The notes beneath the pieces were generated by a model. It ran no database searches. It saw only the letters and a list, made by a program, of their open reading frames with translations, and was not told the origin of the DNA. From assembly GCA_008632985.1 (NCBI GenBank), contig QPGO01000029.1:384874-448873 (forward strand): DNA of 64,000 nucleotides. The letters run 5' to 3'. This document shows positions 24,616 through 36,958 of this stretch, one piece after another. This DNA is from Psammoneis japonica (lineage: Eukaryota). A program made the position numbers and the translations under genes. Positions within the stretch are counted from its first letter, which is position 1, and each line of letters opens with the position of its first letter.

Positions 24616-25449
24616 CTGTGCAACTGTTGTGATGCTGCAGCCTGTGCATGGGCACCACCCCATGCAGTTGCTCACAGTGTCAATGCAACTGCTCCCACAT
24701 TGGATCCACTCTTGGCCCCTGATTTTTTGTCTTCCTTTTGCCAACACAAAAAGAGTGAAAGGCTCCTTCAAACTTTTCATGTTGAAACAACCAGTTTTTT
24801 CAAATGAGTGGATGGAAAGGTGTCAATCTGTTCAGCCTGTCCACCCTCCTCTTGTCCACATCACAACAGCAATTTGCACCACCTTGGTCACTCTTCAGTC
24901 ATCAAAGTTGGTGCACAACCCAATTTGGATGGCGGGAATCCAGAACCTTTCATGCACCTCCTCCACCGTGACGTGGTCGCATGCCACAAAAAAAACATTG
25001 AGAAGGGTGGGTTGGACTGACTGGGATGTGCTGTTGCAATGCAATGAGGGGAAGAGTGATTGCTGCCTGACAAGATGAAAGGGAGAAGAAAGTGGAAAGT
25101 CAAAAGGAAACCTTGAACAAAGGTGAGGCAAAGGCATCAAAAAAGGGTCAAGCGGTGTCCCACTAAAAACCCAGCCTGTGCCCACCAACTTGCTTCCAGT
25201 CTGTGCAATTGCTGCGATGCTGCAGCCTGTGGGTGGGTGCCACCCCATGCAGTGGCTCACAGTGTTGGTGCAGCTGCTCCTGCATTGAGTCCACTCTTGG
25301 CCCCTGATTCTTTGTGTTTCTCCAACCAAAAAGAGTGAGAGGATCCTTCAAGATCTTCACATCAAAGCAGTCAGTTTCTTCAAACAAGTGGATGGAAAGG
25401 TGTCAATCTGCTCAGCATGTCTGTCCTCCTTCTGCCCACATCATGACAG
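24616..25449. repeat. Diverged direct repeat of ~250 bp (24616-24869 and 25201-25449)
   Basis: Collinear alignment by eye, e.g. shared TCCACTCTTGGCCCCTGATT and AGTGGATGGAAAGGTGTCAATCTG. Confidence 0.9.
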
Positions 25450-25531
25450 TGTGCAGGGTGGGCGGCTGGGTGGGTGATGGAAAACAAGCAAATTGAAAAT
25501 GACAGCTGGTCCGTTTTTTGCACATTCTTGA

Positions 25532-26028
25532 CCCTTCAACCACCAGGGGAGCAAATCTCCATGGGTGGAGATTTGCTCTGCTCAAGGATGTGTGACGTGT
25601 CATGCACTTTTGTGATGATAGAATGCACACAGTGAAAAAATGTCATGTCGTGTGCAATCTGCACAAAGCACACCACGTGCATTTGCTTGTTGGGAGCAAA
25701 TCTCCACCGGTGGAGATTTGCTCCCAGGGTGTGGCATTGTGCTCTGTTTGTGATGGCAGTTCATGACAAGCTGCATTGTTGTGGGTTGAGATTTAGTTCC
25801 TCTCCACACACAGATGAAGCTTGCAAAAAACCTGGTGTTAAAAGTCGACATTGAACTTTCTAAATTGCAAAAAGGGTGCCTCCAGATTTTCGGCGAATGT
25901 GCGTTCCAGAACAAAATCGCGCGAACAAAACATTGTGTGTGTCTGAAATTACTTCATTTGCCACATTTGTGATGCAAGCGAGCAAATCTCCACCCGTGGA
26001 GATTTGCTCAAGTCCGGTGGTTGAAGGG
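25532..26028. mobile_element. Non-autonomous piggyBac-like element (MITE, 497 bp)
   Basis: Perfect 13-bp TIR CCCTTCAACCACC / GGTGGTTGAAGGG that extends imperfectly to ~48 bp. Flanked by TTGA (25528-25531) and TTAA (26029-26032). Three internal GAGCAAATCTCCA...TGGAGATTTGCTC palindromes. Confidence 0.85.
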
Positions 26029-26899
26029 TTAAGAATTTTGCCATTTTCTGTTGTTTTGTGGTGTTTTGTGATGTCACATTCTGCCATGCATGTCCAGTGG
26101 AATGTGGGTGGGTGTGTGAGATCCCACAAAGGATGGACAAAACACCTCAACGGCACTGCATGTGCCGGCCAGCTGGTGGCTGGTTGCCCCCCTTGCAACA
26201 CAAGAGCAATGAAAACGATTTGTCATTGCCAGTGCAACCTCTCACCTGCAGCGCTTTTTGAACTGAGCTGCAAATTTAGCACATCAACACTTGCAGTGTT
26301 TTGACAATCAAAACTGAAGGAGTGTGTTGCTCCAAATGCAATTTTTAGCTGGTGTCACATTCTTCATGAAAAATGCTCTCTGCACACTTGCTTTTTCATT
26401 TTTTGGAGCTTGTGTTTGTGATCTACTTTAACTCAACTGATGTCCAAACATGCCCTGTTTCTCCAGACACCAGACAGTCAGTTTGCACTGAGAGTGCTGC
26501 AAAACAATGTCCTCTCACCTCTCACCCATCTCATCCACCAGCCCTCTTTTTGTGCACACTTTTCACTCAAATCTCCACATGTCATGGTCAAGAAGAAAAA
26601 GCAAACTGGAGTTGGCCATGAACCATCAACACAAATCAGGAACTGGCAACAGCAAAAACAGAAAGTGTTCCAAAGGGCTGTCCTTTCCAAGACAATTCCC
26701 CACCCACCCCAATTGATGCTGAAGGAGCAACAGCCACTCCCTCCAACCTCACCTCTGACAATGCCATCATCACTCTCTCCATCACTCCCACTGACCAAAA
26801 TCCTGTCAGCCTGAAACCCTCCTCAGAGCACTTCACTTTTAACCCCAATGCCTTTGACAAAAACCACAAAGTCTCCAACAAGCACTGCATCATGCAGTG

Positions 26900-29880
26900 G
26901 TGAAGAGGAGGGATGGCATCTCATCTTGCACCACCACTCAGGAGCAACAAGCTTGCACCTTGATGTGTGCATTGCAAATGCCCAACATGGCTTGCCCCAT
27001 TGTGAGGTTTGTGGTTTGTGTAAATGACCAAGAAGCAGTTGGGCAAAATGTGGGGAAATGCCAACAACAAAAGCAATGGTCAATGCCACACTGACAACAC
27101 AAATCTTTTGTCTCTTTAGCAGCAATTGGGGTCTCCAGTTCTCCAGAAAAACCTGCTGACAAACCCAAATCATTTTCCAAGGACTGTGCCAATGCACACT
27201 TGGCCTAAATCCAAAAACTGTTTGTTGACAAACAAAGCAGGGAAAGATTGCCAGAGTGGCCTTTGTTGAGAACAAAGAAGATTGCAACCCCGCTGGTGTC
27301 CTCATAATTTTTTTCCTCTGAGATCTGCAAAGCCTTTGTGCTGCATTGGTTGGGAAAACATCCTGACACAGTGCAGTCATCCAACTCAAGAGACATGACT
27401 CTCTTGTCAAAGATGAGCAAAGATGGAAGCAAAAAATGAGCAAACAAATGGTTGTGCAACACGTCTGTGTGTGAGCTCCACAATTGCATGCTGGCAGATT
27501 TGACTTTGCTTGTGGTGCCAATGGCAAGACCCTCATTGGCGACACCAGGTTTCAGCACTTTTCAATTTCCATGCAATGACAAAAATTTAACAGCAGTCAA
27601 CACAGCATGTGTCAATGCAGCAAGATTGCATGAGTGCACACTTTCTACAAGACAAATTAAGCAGCTTTCAAAGAAGGCTTTTAAAAGAAATGCAGGTGGA
27701 GCAGAAATGGTTGAAGGTTGTGAACAATGACCCTGGAAACTCTGAGAGCCATGACAGTGAAACTGGCAATTTGGAGAATCAAGTTGTCCATTGTCAAGAG
27801 GAAGCATTTGGCTCCAACTTCAATCACCTTCATTCTAAAGCTCAAGATGCAATTGTGACCATTGCTTGTGGCAACATGAATGGTCAGGATCATCCTCACT
27901 GCAGCCACATTTTAGGTGAATGCAAGAATTGCCCATCCCATCTAACTCCATTCTTGTTGGAACAGAGTGAAAGTTCCAATGCACCCCAAGTTTTGTTTCA
28001 AAGAGATTTGACTGTCAAATGTTGTTCCAAGCATGGCATGTTCAGTGTTCACAAAGCATGTCCTGTTTGTCAGGCAAATCCAGATGGAACAAGGACACAA
28101 AGGTCAAATGAAAAACCTTGTTGACAAGGTTCCCCAAACCAATTGGGTGTTCACAAAAGAGCACCACATTCAAAAGTTTGAAGCTGCATCATCATCTTTC
28201 TCATGCAGCCGTTCTTGGGAACAATTGCTGCATGTGGAAATGTGTTGCAAGGCAATTGAGTTAATGCTCAACAGCATTTTCACACAAGCTGACTGCTCTG
28301 AGTGTCTTCTGTCTGAGTTTGACAACCAAATTCATGACGGGGGTTGTTGTGGCAACAACTGAACAATGTCCATTGAAGGCAGAGTTTGCAATGTGACAAT
28401 TGACAACGAGGCTGAGAAAACATGTTTTGTGCATCTCTCTGATTCTTCCAAGCAAGATGATGCTGCAACTCACACTCACTTAAAGAAGTTGGTCACATGA
28501 TCAAAGAACTGGGGACTGCATCAGGCGTGACTTGTGATTTGGAATCACACCAATGGTTGTGCCAAACAGCATCACATGCTTTTTGTGCTGTGCTTGTTGT
28601 CTCTGTGTTTGCCCACAAATGCAAAGTTGTCTTTGATTGTGATGTTGGAGCACCTGGACTTGGCAAAAAAGAATGCTGGAGCCTGCATTGAATCACTTGC
28701 ATGCCAAAAAATGCAGTCCACAACTGTTGCAGAAGTCAATTGTGAGGACGGGAAAAATTTGATCTGATGCTTTGGTCAAGGATGTTGTGGCAGAGCACAG
28801 TTGCTCATGGGAATGTTGAAAATTTCTTGAAAAGAAAGAGAGCACCAATGACACAATTGGTGACAGCAAACATGCTTTGAGGAAATCTCTTTGAAAGTTG
28901 AATTAAAGGGTGTGTCATCTGTGGGAAGCAGACAAAGTTCTTGGTTCTTCAATTGAAGTCAAGTTGCCTGGATTGGCACAAGTGCACATGTGCCATTGCG
29001 GCATTGGCGCTGTGCACCAGCTTCAATTTGAACCCCTTTTCCCATTGGTTGGGTTGCCATGCAATGCATTCCTTGTGCTTGTGATGGCTGCCTGGGTCAG
29101 CTCAAACAACCTTGGACAAACAACATGTCAGCCCAACCAAGCACCTTTGACATGCAACTGGCAACCAAGCTTTTGCAAACTGTGGCCCATCTTCTTTGAG
29201 AGACTGAATGACTGGCAAGTTTGTCAGGTGTTCTGAACAACTGAGAGTGACAAAAACATGGTGCAGTTGGTTCACAAATGTGTGTTGGATGTTTTGACTG
29301 AGCAAATGGCAGAGAAAATTGTTGTGAACTGCTGCACCACCTTGTCTTGTGAATCTGAAGAGGGCTTCCATCTGCTGCAATGGGGATGAGCTGCCCCACA
29401 AAGCATGGGAAGATGCAGTGTGGAATGAGTTTGACTCAAATGGGTTTGCAAAGGAATGCATCCAAGCCATGTTTCAAGCCAGAGGATGGCGCACTCCTGG
29501 AGATGCTGAACGCTGTTAGAGAAGAGTGTTGTTTGAGCAAATTGTGGTTGCAAATCTTGAGCTGAATGAGCTGTCAGCCTCTCTGCAACTTCCAAGGATG
29601 TGCAACAGGAATGAGGCTTCACTTCTTAATCCACATCATTTGACTGAGGATGAGCATGAAGCCATTCTTGATGCAGTCCACCAGCGTGAGTCACTGGATT
29701 ATTTTGAGGATTGTTTGGAGGAGGAGGAGGACAGTGAAAGTGATGAGCCTGAGGAAGAGAATGATGATGACAGGGAGGAGGTCAGCATGGGAATGGACTG
29801 CAAAAGTGATGAGCCCAAGGAACAAAATGGCAATGGGAAAATGAATGAGCACAGTGGTTGTCACTTTGCATCATGCAACT
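26900..29880 (+). mobile_element. Degenerate DNA-transposon transposase relic (DDE/D type, tentatively Sola-like)
   Basis: Ordered decayed motifs QADCSECLLSEFDNQI, HLSDSSKQD, HTNGCAKQH and VGAPGLGK, comparable to DYxE...SD...TDGCxxQY...GHGK; upstream Cys cluster and acidic tail. Confidence 0.6.
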
Positions 29881-29899
29881 AGATGGACCATCTGACACA

Positions 29900-32800
29900 A
29901 ACACACATTTCTCAAGTCACAACTCACAAGCTTTCCTTTTGCCACCCCACTTTGCTGCCTTAAGAGTTTTAAACCAGTGCACAGCAGCCACTTGTTTTCT
30001 TGCTTGACCACACATTTTGCCTCATGTTCCTCATTTCCAAGACACCAATTCAAGCACTTGACACGTCACTTGCTGGCAATGCAAGATGGCAATCAGAGTC
30101 AAAGATCCACCCACAGTGTGAGTTGGCTCTCAATGCATTGGTTGTTCACTGGACTTTACAAAGTCATGCAGTCATTGTTGCATGGTTGTCACATCAAATT
30201 CACCACCCACTTCCAGTCCAAGGAAATGGTTTGATCCAAAGTGCCACAAAACTTCATCTTGGAGTTCTCTGGTGAGAACTTTTCCTTCAAACAGCCGCTC
30301 AGCATTTCCTTGCAAATGACGTGCAATTGTTGTCAGCTTTGATCTGTTTGGCAGATGCTTCAATGTGAGATGCAATGGTGCAATCTCTCATTTCCCAAGT
30401 TGCCAACACAATGAAGAACACTGGCCAGGGACAAAAACACACAAGCATCTTTGTTTCCTTGCAAGAATTTCACAGGTGGGCCACTCATCAGCAAGCCCAT
30501 CTCCATTGTGACAGTGCATTCCTTCTGGCAATGAGTGAAAACCATCCTCTGGCTTCCCACTTTTTAATTCCTCCCAAACATGTGAAAAGCAAGTCTTGAA
30601 ACTGCACCCAGTCCAATCTGGAGTCAAACGGCATTCATGGCAGTTGCTCTCTAGAGTGCAGCCAACAAAATGAACAACCTGCGGGTTCTTTGGAAGACAG
30701 CCAATCTCCCCCTGAATCAATCTCTCAACTTTCACAATCTGCGCTGAGCTGCAAATCAAATGCACGTTCTGCTCAATCTCATCTCTGCCTTTTAGATTTG
30801 TGACCTGGACTCTGTTGGGTTTGTGTTTGGCACATGTGATGAGGCAACACATGTTTTTGTGGGATGCCCCCCTGAATTTGTTGGTGCTGTTGGCAAACCA
30901 TTTTTCAAACAACATGAAGCAAGAGTTGGGTTCTTTAAAGCAACCAAGCAAGTGAGGATCTGCTCCTGCTGAAGAATCACGAGGGTGCATTTTCCCAGTG
31001 TCCCATGAACTCAGCTAAATCCAAACAAATTTTGCAACCTCCAACATTGCTTGAACATCATTGTGCATTTTCTTGTTCACCTCTCTTTCTTTTTGGTGAC
31101 AGCACTTGTCTTTGCTCAACTGACAAACTGACATTGCTTGCTCTTGGTGCTCTTGGTTGTCTTGGCTTTGAGGTGTGAAGGCCAATGAGATCATTGTCAT
31201 TGCTTGCTCCTGTGATGTCTTTCAACATCTCGGCCTCCTTCTGGTGTTTGCAGCAAGCATGTCCCAGTCTCTTTTTCTTCTCTTCTTTTTTGTCTCCAGG
31301 TTCTGGGTTTTCTGCAGCCTTGCCCAGCTTCAGCCATGCAATGATGACAATGCATCCTTTTACAAAACAAGCACCACTGCAGTTGGGGAGCTGCCTTGCA
31401 CCAAACAGCAATGTGAGTCAGTGGAGCATTGAAAAAGTCCTTCTTCTTTTTGTCACTTGAGAATTTTTGCAGCAACAACTTTTTGTCATTGGCAACAGCT
31501 TGCACCATCCTGGAGGACCACTTGGGGGAAAAATGACCTGCACAAATGCTTGCACCTCAATCCAGATTTTGTCTGACCATCCCTGTCAGTTGTGAGAACT
31601 TGCAACACATGGTTGTGCCATCAACCAACAACATTGTGCAATGCCCATGACAGTGATGTCTCTTCAGAGTTGCATGGGCCAAATGGGAAAATTTTTCAAC
31701 AACCATGACTGCCGGAACAACACATCAGTGCTCTGCATTCTGCATTGGTGGGAAGCCTGTGAGTGAAAGGATTCTTTTGCATGTCATCATCCAAATCTTC
31801 AGGGCTCTTCCTCTTGCAATGCTCATTGTGAAGAACACAATCATTGTTGTTGCACAGACTGGACTTTCACAACTTGTGATGTTTGACACCTGGAACAAGA
31901 TGCAGCTTTTTGTCCACCTGCTTCCTCTGAGCAACTTCTGATGTGATGGACCAACAGTTGTGTCTTTCACACCACAGCCCTTTTGAAGATAAAATGGCAC
32001 ACTTTGTGTCATGTTCAAACTTGAAGCGCAATCCCTTCAATGCCAAAATGTCAAATTTGTTCTTTCCCAACAGGGTCTTCACTCGCCAACAACTGTCAAA
32101 CACAATCTTGCCAAAAGGCAGCCACACAGTCTTTTTTAGACCACTGCTTGAAGTTTGAAGTTTGCACTTTTTCTGAATGACCAATGTTGACCTGGCTTTC
32201 TTTGTAAATTTTGCACTTGGGACTGCTGAAAAAACTGTCAGGTGGTGCCACCACCCAAAAGTCAGGGTCATTGCTTGTCTCAGTGGCACAAGTGACAACC
32301 CCTTTGCTGGAACACGACAATGCCCATCCCTTTTGCTGGAACAAGGCAATGCCAGAACAACTCCAGAGCTCATTGGAGCAACCAACTCAAGGTGCTGCAA
32401 GAGCATTTTTCATGAGATTCTCCCACTCCCAGTGCTTTTGCACTGCTTTCAAGTCTGAACATTGAGGCATTGCATTGACAATGTTCTCAGAACCCAGCAC
32501 TTCCTTGCAACAAGGTGACAGCATCTTCTGACAACAAAGATGTGCCTCCCACTTGTTGTGCAAGCTAAAAGGAACTTGAACAAGTCCAGTCAAAAAAGAC
32601 AAGCACTGCAGTTGGATGGGACAATCATCTGTTCATCAGCACCCTCCCCCCCAATCATCACAACTGAAGAATTTTTCACATGGACACAATCAACAAGCCC
32701 CCCAGCTCTGCTGTTGACATGGCACAACAAAACAGCAGCCACGTGTTCCTTCACAGCATCCCTGGTCAATGTTTCCAATGGCGCCACAACCAACCTCAAC

Positions 32801-35800
32801 ATGTCTGGTGGTTTTGAACCCATCCACACCATTTTTGCAACGAACAAGGTGAAACAGAAGGCTGGTCTCCTGGGTTTTACAGTCTTCAATGATCAAGCAG
32901 ATCAACTCTGCACAAGACCTTGTCTGGGAATGAATTGCAGTTTGGAGAGGTTGCTTGTGCCAAGTTTCAAAACACACTCCTTTGAACAATGTTTGTCTGT
33001 TGAATCAACAAACCTCTTGACTTGGGGGGAAACCTTGAGCTGGCTGGAAAAATTGTTTGCTTGAAGGGTGGCTGCCACCACCAATCATGGAAGGCTCTGC
33101 CAATCCTTCTCTTTCCTTGCCTGCTGCTTTGGCCAATGCATCCATTGTGGTTGCACTGAGTGCACTTGTGTTTGTGTGACAAATGCACTCCAGAGAGGGG
33201 GCCAACATCAGTTGCCCAAAATTTGACATGGATGAACCAAGGCAGCCTCTGAGGGGCAGTTCCAGATGATTGGTGCAAAGTGGCAAGCATCACAGCAATC
33301 AAACCAAAGCAGAAATGCAGCTGGCACACTGATTGTGTGCTTTGTTCATGCAACAAATGCACTCTAACTCTTGACTCTCCTTGGCAAGCTCTTGGCTCTT
33401 GGCTTTGGCAGTGGCCTCCCTGACATGCATGGACTTGGCCAGGACAAGATGCTTGTCTTGAAGAGCATGAGCCATGTTGGCATCAAGGCTGTCACATGTC
33501 TTTTCAAAGGCTCCCAGCTCTTGGTGAGCTTGGTCAACCTTGAGCTTCTTGGCTTGGAGTTGCCCAGATTTCTCCTTCAGCACCTTTTTGTGTTTGGCCG
33601 TTTGGGTGTTTGAGAATGATGGTCTGAATGGAGAGCAAAACAACAATGCATGCAGCAGTTGGGCACACCCTGTCACATGAGAAACGTGGCACAAAAGAGC
33701 TCCAATGGATGCTCACATTTTTGTCAATGTGCTCTTGATGCTCATTGCACATGTCCTGTTCTGCCTTCAGCTTTTCCTCCTCTTGCTCACACCTGCTCTT
33801 CCAGTCATCAACGCAAGCTTCAGGGGATTCAATTTCTTGTGATTCTGCTTGGCAGCCTTTCCCAACTCTGAACATTGCTTGGAGAGATTCTTGGTGTGTT
33901 CCAAGACTTTCTCCTTGGCCTCACACAACTCCTCCCAAATTGCCAGTCACAACAAGGTCATGATCCAGCATGGCATTGCACCGTGACTGCAGTTGCTCAT
34001 GAGTGTTCACCATTTGTGTGTCATCCACCATGCCACCGCCCAACTGAGACATTTCTTTCTGTGTGAGAAACAAGTCTTGATGGACTTGATGCTGAGCTTG
34101 CTCTGCAGCACCAATCTTTGTTTCTGCCTTGCGCAGATCTGGTGTGCAAATTCTGCATGGAGCACCTTCCATCTCGCATGCTGGCATCATGGTCTCCAAT
34201 TTTCATGCCATGTTGTTTCACTCATGCAGCGGCGTTTCCATTGCATGAGGCAACCCAGTCATTGCTTTGTCTCAAACCGCCATGGCAATCAGTGAGCAAC
34301 AGGTTGCATTTTAATGCAGCATGCACCATCATTGATTGCATTGCACGCAAGCCTGCATGATGCTTGCCGGCACGGCAAAAGGCACTCTCACTCTAACGAC
34401 GATTTCACGTGCGTGCGCACATGGGGACCCTGTGCACAGGGTGTCTGGTGCCAAGCTGATGAGTGCCAAATCTCTCTGTGCATTTCTACACAGTGACGAT
34501 GTCTCACAAATCCAGAGAATCAAATGGCTCAAGCCGGAAGCCAGAAGATGTGTGCTGTCACAATGCAACGGCACTTCCTTTGCACTGGAATCATTGCAGC
34601 GGCCTTTGTCAACCACAAAATCCAAACAAAAGGAAGAAAGGTGGAACACAAAGAAACTTTGTTGTTTTGCACACTTTCATTCAATTCAACCTTTCAGTTC
34701 TTCTCATCCTCCACAGACTGCAGATGTGCGGGTTGCTTGCCTGCAACTTTGCCTCCAATTCTTTGTTGATGGACTTTGTTTCTTCCAGCCATTTCTCAGT
34801 TCATGCCAATTCCACCTTGAGACATGCAATGTTCTTCATCATTTCAGCTTGCAGTCCTTCAATGAGAGCAGGGGTCTCATCTTTGTGCTTCCTTGACACC
34901 GCAAGCTCCACTGCCTCTTTCATTTCTGTTTCAAAAAGAACTGGGTTAAGTGATGAGAACAAAGACAACTGAAATGAAAAGAAGCAAAATTGCAGCCACA
35001 CAACTCACCTCATCAAACACATCTTGAAAGAACAGGATAATTTTTGCATCATGTGAAGCTCTTGGTGTCAACAGCTGAGTTTGATGTCCACTTGATGCTC
35101 CAATGATGGCACCAATTCCAGCAACAGGAATGTTGGCAAGCACCAGCTAAATGCACTCATCGAAACCCGGTTTTTTGCACTCATTCATGCACTGAAACTG
35201 GCTGCGTGCATTCTGCGTAGATGCAGCACTGATGGATGACGTCACAGCCTCCCTCCAACCCTGCGTGCACTGTCTGCGCACTGCCACGAGCTTCACAACT
35301 GTGACTGAGATTCTGTGTGACATTCTTGAGATCTGCATGTTTGAACAACTGAACAGCAAGCACTGTCACTTGCTTGAGCAGGTGACAGCTGCAAATGCAT
35401 GCAACAGTGAGTTTCATGACTGTCGCTTCTTGTCTCTAGAGGGCCAGTTGCTTCTGTTGCAGTTGCAAGCTCATCACGAGTGCGCTGCAATGTTCAGGTG
35501 TGACACCACACAGAATCCTGGTGTGTTTCTACACAGCAGCACATTTTTGCACATTTGGCACAAAATGAGACCCAAAAACTCAAAAATGTGCACTGCGCAT
35601 TTAGCCGGTCCTTAAACGTCGGACAAAAAAAGCTCTCGTGACAGCATCATCCGGCATTCCAGCAGCCAGAAGATCGTGCGTTGTGACAAGGGCAATGCAA
35701 GCATGTGGCGAACAAAGTAAATCAAGCACTCTGGGCTGAAAAAGAAGACTGAAGCATGGAAATGGAAGATGAATCTACCGTCACCCTGGTGAGGACCAAG

Positions 35801-36580
35801 AGTGCTGGGAACAGACTCAGTGCGGAGCTGGTCAAATCCTCCTCTTCCCACAATGGCAGCTCTCCCTGACACAGTGCTTTTGCTGCGCAAAAGAAAAAAT
35901 GTCAATGCAGGGCATTGCTGCATTGTTTGTTGGCATTGCAACAAGAGCATGATCTCCTTGAAGCTCCACTTGCCTGCCACTGAACACAGTGGTTTTGAGT
36001 CAGAGAATCGGCGCGGTGACTTTGATCGATTCAACCCATGCAGCCACAAGTCATGTTGTTTTGCTTCCAAGGAGAATCTTCGACAGTTCATAAAATCCAG
36101 CAAAAATCTCTCATTGTGCAATCCCGTGTTTTTTGTTTGACTCTTTGATCTCCACTTGCCCCTTTTTGACCACTGATGCTTCGGCACATCTTGAGTTGTC
36201 TCCTTGAAAGGGGCAAGTGGAGGCCATTGGCCGGTTCTCTGAGATGGCATTTCATCCGACGGTGCCAGTCATGGTTGTCAGCGTTTTTCATTTTGTGCGC
36301 TGCTTCCTTTTGTGTGCAACATGCTAAATTTTTTGACGGAGATCGCTGCCGACGTCAGAGTGCGCAATGTGTCCCACAGACATCGCGCCATGCAAAACAT
36401 CCGCAGGCGCAGAAAAGATGCTGCTGGGTGCGCATGCGGTCCATTGAAACCACCGTGATGTCTCGCGGTCTCTGCTGGCCCCACCAGTCTCTGCCGCACT
36501 CTGCTCTCTGCTGGAGCAGAGAGCGTGGAGCTCTTGCACCAGAGCGGAGCAGCTGGAGAGACGAGAGGGCCCTGACAGCA
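29900..36580. mobile_element. Degenerate unclassified repeat-derived DNA with decayed coding sequence
   Basis: TA/CG-depleted. 33195-33270 is homologous to 52008-52078 (ATCAGTTGCC...AGGCAGCCTCTGAGG...CCAGATGA). Confidence 0.45.
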
Positions 36581-36958
36581 GAGCCACTCTACTCCACTAG
36601 CTGGAGCAGAGAGTAGAGTGGCTCTACTCTCCACTACTCTCTAAGTGCAGCTGCTCTAGTAGAGATGGTAGTGGGGCCTCTCTCTAGAGCAGAGCTAGCC
36701 AATGACTAAACTAACTAACTTAGTTAACTCCAGGGCCTACAGTAACAGCACACCAGCAATCTGATCCGCGAACTGCAAAAGTGATGCTTGATCAAAGCTG
36801 ACATGCCGCAATGCACTGCACTCCAAAGCACAAGCGAAAATGACGATACGTGGCAATACTGTAACTGTTTTCGTAAGCAAATCCCTCGTGAACTGGCCTT
36901 TGAGCTTGGCTTTGAAATGGTTTCATAGAATTCAAAAGCGTTTCACGCACGAGACAAG

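Noticed and set aside
25547..26010. Three palindromic ~30-bp repeats as a CRISPR array
   Set aside because: Spacing is irregular and long (about 115 and 255 bp), the context is eukaryotic with no cas genes, and they are internal repeats of a TIR element.
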